Below the pieces are notes generated by a model. It saw only the letters and a list, made by a program, of their open reading frames with translations, made no database searches and had not been told where the DNA came from. A program made the translations under genes and the position numbers. DNA of 64,000 nucleotides from Basidiobolus meristosporus CBS 931.73 (taxonomy: Eukaryota; Fungi; Basidiobolomycota), in assembly GCA_002104905.1 (NCBI GenBank), contig MCFE01000389.1, positions 1 through 64,000 on the forward strand, in the 5' to 3' direction. Of the stretch, positions 60,542-64,000 are shown one piece after another (the stretch's first letter is position 1; each line of letters opens with the position of its first letter).

Positions 60542-62072
60542 ATGGATCCAGAGGCCAGACGTGCCGCCAACCTTAATGTGCTGCAGCGACTCGACAGGAG
60601 AATCTCCGAAATCTTAGATAGTTCTAGCCACGTCGTGGTCTACAAGTTCGATAATGATACACAATCTTGGGTACGGTATTTCCCTTGATGAGTGACTTTA
60701 GCGCCGGAATATTCACCCCAATGTTACTTCCCGCCTCTAGACCAAGAAGAACGTGGAAGGGACCATGTTTCTATTCAAGCGGTACCACTCCACCTTCACC
60801 TCAACCCCTTGTTCCCCACCCAATGCCTGACCAGCGCTTCTTTTTCCTAGAGAGGTGTCCCCCAAATACGGCTTCTTTGTAATGAACCGACTGAGTATCG
60901 ATAACTTCATCGTTTACCTCAATGGAAACATGGATCTTCAGATAACCACCGATTTCATCATTTACAGAACTGGTGAAGGTAGTTCTACGGCCTTGCTAAT
61001 CCCTCTCTCCCCAAATTAACCTCCTCTGTTTACCAGAGGATATCCACGGAATCTGGATGTACGAAACTGCCGATCGCGAGCGTGTAGGACGTGAACTTGT
61101 CGAGTACGTACCCCGATGGAGCCTTTTTTTGGTCCCTAACTCTGGTTTCTCCTTGCATACGCTGACGTCGTTTGTTCGTGTAGCTATTGCGAGAAGGCTA
61201 AACACGAAGACATGACACCCTCAATAGTCAAGCCGACCAATGACGGGAAACACGACATTCTAGATATGCTCCAGAGAGCACGTGAAAAAAACACACCAAC
61301 ATCCCAGTCGCACGGCTCAGACCTTCAATCCCCTTCTCAGACCACGCCCGTTAACTCGAACTCAAACCCGAATCCGAGCCAGCCCGACATTCTTGGAAGC
61401 TTGTTCAAAAAAGCCAGCACCGCGTACCAACATACTTCGGGACCTCAACAAACTCCGCCAGTTCCTAGAACTACAGGCCCAGTGAGTCCAGCTACGATTT
61501 TTCCTGTCCCTCGAAAGGATTCTAATCTCTTGAAAACTAGCCAACGCCAGGGAACAGCGGTGGCACAGCTCCTGATTCTAACGTGTTGCTTAATCTTTTA
61601 CAGGGTGGCCATACCAACCCCATGGCACCTAGTCCCTCACAACTGGAAAGACCCACCATGCCCCAAATGGCACCCAACAACGTTTCCCCTCATATGCCCC
61701 TCCATATGCCACCCATCATCCCACCAAACGTGAACCAGTTTTCACCACGTCCCCCAGTGCTGCCCAACGGCATGATTGGCATGCCTCTCTTGCACCCCGC
61801 CCAAGCGCTGGATGCATCAGTGCCTGTGATTCCACCACAGCGTGTCGGCCAGAACAGGCCTTTGTCTAGAGCCGAGTATATCGGACATTACATCTACTTG
61901 TTGCAGGTATGTGTATCCTCAAATCATCATCGCCATAGATGGCAATACTCACTAACTCACCATTTCCACCCCCCCACCCCCGCCACAGAATGACCCGATT
62001 TTCGCGGACCTACTGTATCAAAGATATCTGAAGCAGGGTAGTTACGAGGAGGTGTACAGGCCCAATATGTAA
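60542..62072 (+). CDS. DCP1: mRNA decapping activator Dcp1, 7 exons, ~370 aa
   Basis: Exons 60542-60670, 60741-60781, 60851-60978, 61037-61103, 61184-61481, 61541-61906 and 61989-62072 join in frame (1113 nt). EVH1 domain (NLNVLQRLD, HVVVYKF, VEGTMFLFKR, YGFFVMNRL, IHGIW) and C-terminal YLLQNDPIFADLLYQRYL. Confidence 0.88.
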
Positions 62073-64000
62073 TGCCGGCACCGGCACTCGAACGGAGCCC
62101 GGGAATTCCCCTTAGACATGATCATTGTTTCTTGAGATACTTTGAATCAATCCAATGTTCCCCCTCGATGGCCTCCTTCGTTGACCACTTCTTATAAAAT
62201 TTCCGCCGGGATTTACTTGGTGACGTTGGGTTTTTTTCTCGTCGAGACCGTCTAGTTTAGTGGCTACCTAGAGTTGTCTAGAAATCAGGGGTGGCTTGGT
62301 AAGGAAGCCTTCAGGCTAGGATTCGGTTGGTACTGGGGTTACCCCGCTCATTGAGGGAATTTACCACCTTTTGGCATTCCATCTTGTGGATCCACCATGC
62401 CAACCTCATACTGTGAAAATCTGGACCGTTCTTGCTCGAGCATTTCAAGCTCTATTTAGGTCTATGGAGTGATCTCATGGATCACGATCGTGTATAAGAT
62501 ATCTTTTGTTGGTGATAGCTCAATCAAACCCGGTCAGGGTCAAGGTTGGGGTTGGGGTTGGGACTGAATTTAGGGTTTTGTCACTCAAACATCATTTAGC
62601 AAGAGATATGGAAATTTTCGACTGGACCTAAGTTTATACCCCCTTCTTTCCGAGATTATTTCCAGCATTTCTCTGTATCTACCGTAGGTATGAATGGGTT
62701 GTTTTCACTCCGTGGGCTTGCCAGAGGAAGTCCCGCCCATCTACCAGTTTCCCTGCCTTCTCGGAAGCCACTGGCCTGACTGAGCATTGTAAACAGTCTA
62801 TATGGAGCAGCTTACAAATCCACCGTAAGCCCTTGTATGGGAAGATAAAAAATTGGAATTGGAGGCGGTACATTTTATTCCTTGAGCTGGGAAATTGCCC
62901 AGTGAAAAGAATTGAATGGCATGCAAATTCCCAACATCCAGCAAAATCGAATCCCAGGTGCTGCATCAGACCACATTTATTGATACTATTAACCGATACC
63001 CTCCGGATATTGGATCATTGATGGCAATCATTTCCACCTGCATAAAATATTCAGTGTTCTACTCGGCTTCGGTGGATTTGCATTGGCAGTCCTTGATCGT
63101 TATTCAAAAAAATCCATTTTTTTTTTCAATCTCCATCCGGTTTCGGACGGTGTGAGTGGTGCGCATTTTTACCTTGATTACACATCAATCCTACACAGCA
63201 CTACCGCACAAATATGGGATGGTTGGTAAACATTATCCAGCTTTTGCAGAGTGCGAAGCGGTTCCACTCAATGGAGGAATGCACGTGCTGTCGCCAAGCC
63301 AGGAATAGCACCCACCCAAATGGGGAAATGCTCTTTAAGGTTCACCAACTCCTATATCATGGAAGACACGAAAATCCACTTGCCGTGTGAAAAGAAGCGA
63401 GTCAACCCTTGACTTTATGCAATCCTAACAACCTGTCCATATAACGCTAATCTAGGCTCCAAATTTATGGGTGGTTTGATCCAATGGGCGAAGTTATCTG
63501 ATCCAGTTCGCTGCACCGTTTATCTGATGGCTGGTAAGTCCAATCAACATTCCACTTGAAGAGGAATTCCACCTGGTGGCTCAACCATTCGGGTGATGGA
63601 ACTTTCCAGGTTCTGAGTCGACATCTGGCTTGCGGTGGCCTTGGTACACTTTATCTGATTCATCCTCGCCAATGCTGTCTTGTTTTGGCAAGGTCACTAA
63701 GGTGCAGTTGCAGTGGAATTACTCCACATAGCTTGCTTGCAGTACGTCTCGGATATTCCAATACCCAAGCCCCAAGTTAGCGAGTCTAGATAGCTAGACC
63801 AGAGAGCAGGAATAATCAGGCTGATGCGGGACAAGAGCCTGTCCAGCCTGTCTGCTCGCGTATGTTGTCACAGAGGAAGGTGGCCATCTTACGGTGTACT
63901 CATTTACAACCAGGAACCAAGTGTCCCAAGTTGAGCGTTTTAACAAGAAAGAAAAACCAGGCCTAAGCCCTGTTAGCATCCACGCGAACCGAAAAGCTGT

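Noticed and set aside
49340-62562. Telomere- or G4-like G runs (TTAGGGGTAGGGGTAGG at ~49340; TTGGGG x3 at ~62546)
   Set aside because: Only 2-3 imperfect units at internal positions; compatible with chance.
62100-64000. Possible spliced gene fragments (splice-like signals and short ORFs on both strands)
   Set aside because: I could not assemble an open, recognisable reading frame; this needs RNA-seq or a homology search.
1-64000. CRISPR arrays, rRNA and tRNA genes
   Set aside because: No regularly spaced repeat-spacer array or structural RNA gene was seen. The tRNA-like matches are retrotransposon primer-binding sites.

Overview
Eukaryotic DNA. Short 59-82 bp GT-AG introns and the protein complement suggest an early-diverging fungus (inference). 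The window has two sharply different halves. (1) About 1-49.2 kb is a CpG-depleted, nested transposon graveyard. It holds three Ty3/gypsy families, a Ty1/copia family (two near-complete copies, fragments and a solo LTR), many fragments of one CACTA/En-Spm (Tnp2) family, and a TA-targeting foldback family. It also holds one very young non-coding LTR element (LTRs 348/349 identical, 5-bp TSD) and a large head-to-head inverted duplication. (2) About 49.5-62.1 kb is CpG-rich and gene-dense: cryptochrome DASH (4 introns), two divergently transcribed intronless type III glutamine synthetases, a WBP4/FBP21-like U1 zinc-finger gene, RPL13, RPL32 and DCP1 (6 introns). The most striking structure is the GSIII pair. 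Its 1481-bp cores differ at only 4 positions while both ends are strongly diverged, so the cores form an inverted repeat around both promoters. This implies gene conversion and possibly a flip-flop inversion that would swap N- and C-termini. No rRNA, tRNA or CRISPR array was seen. All alignments and counts were done by eye, and TE fragment boundaries without TSDs are approximate.
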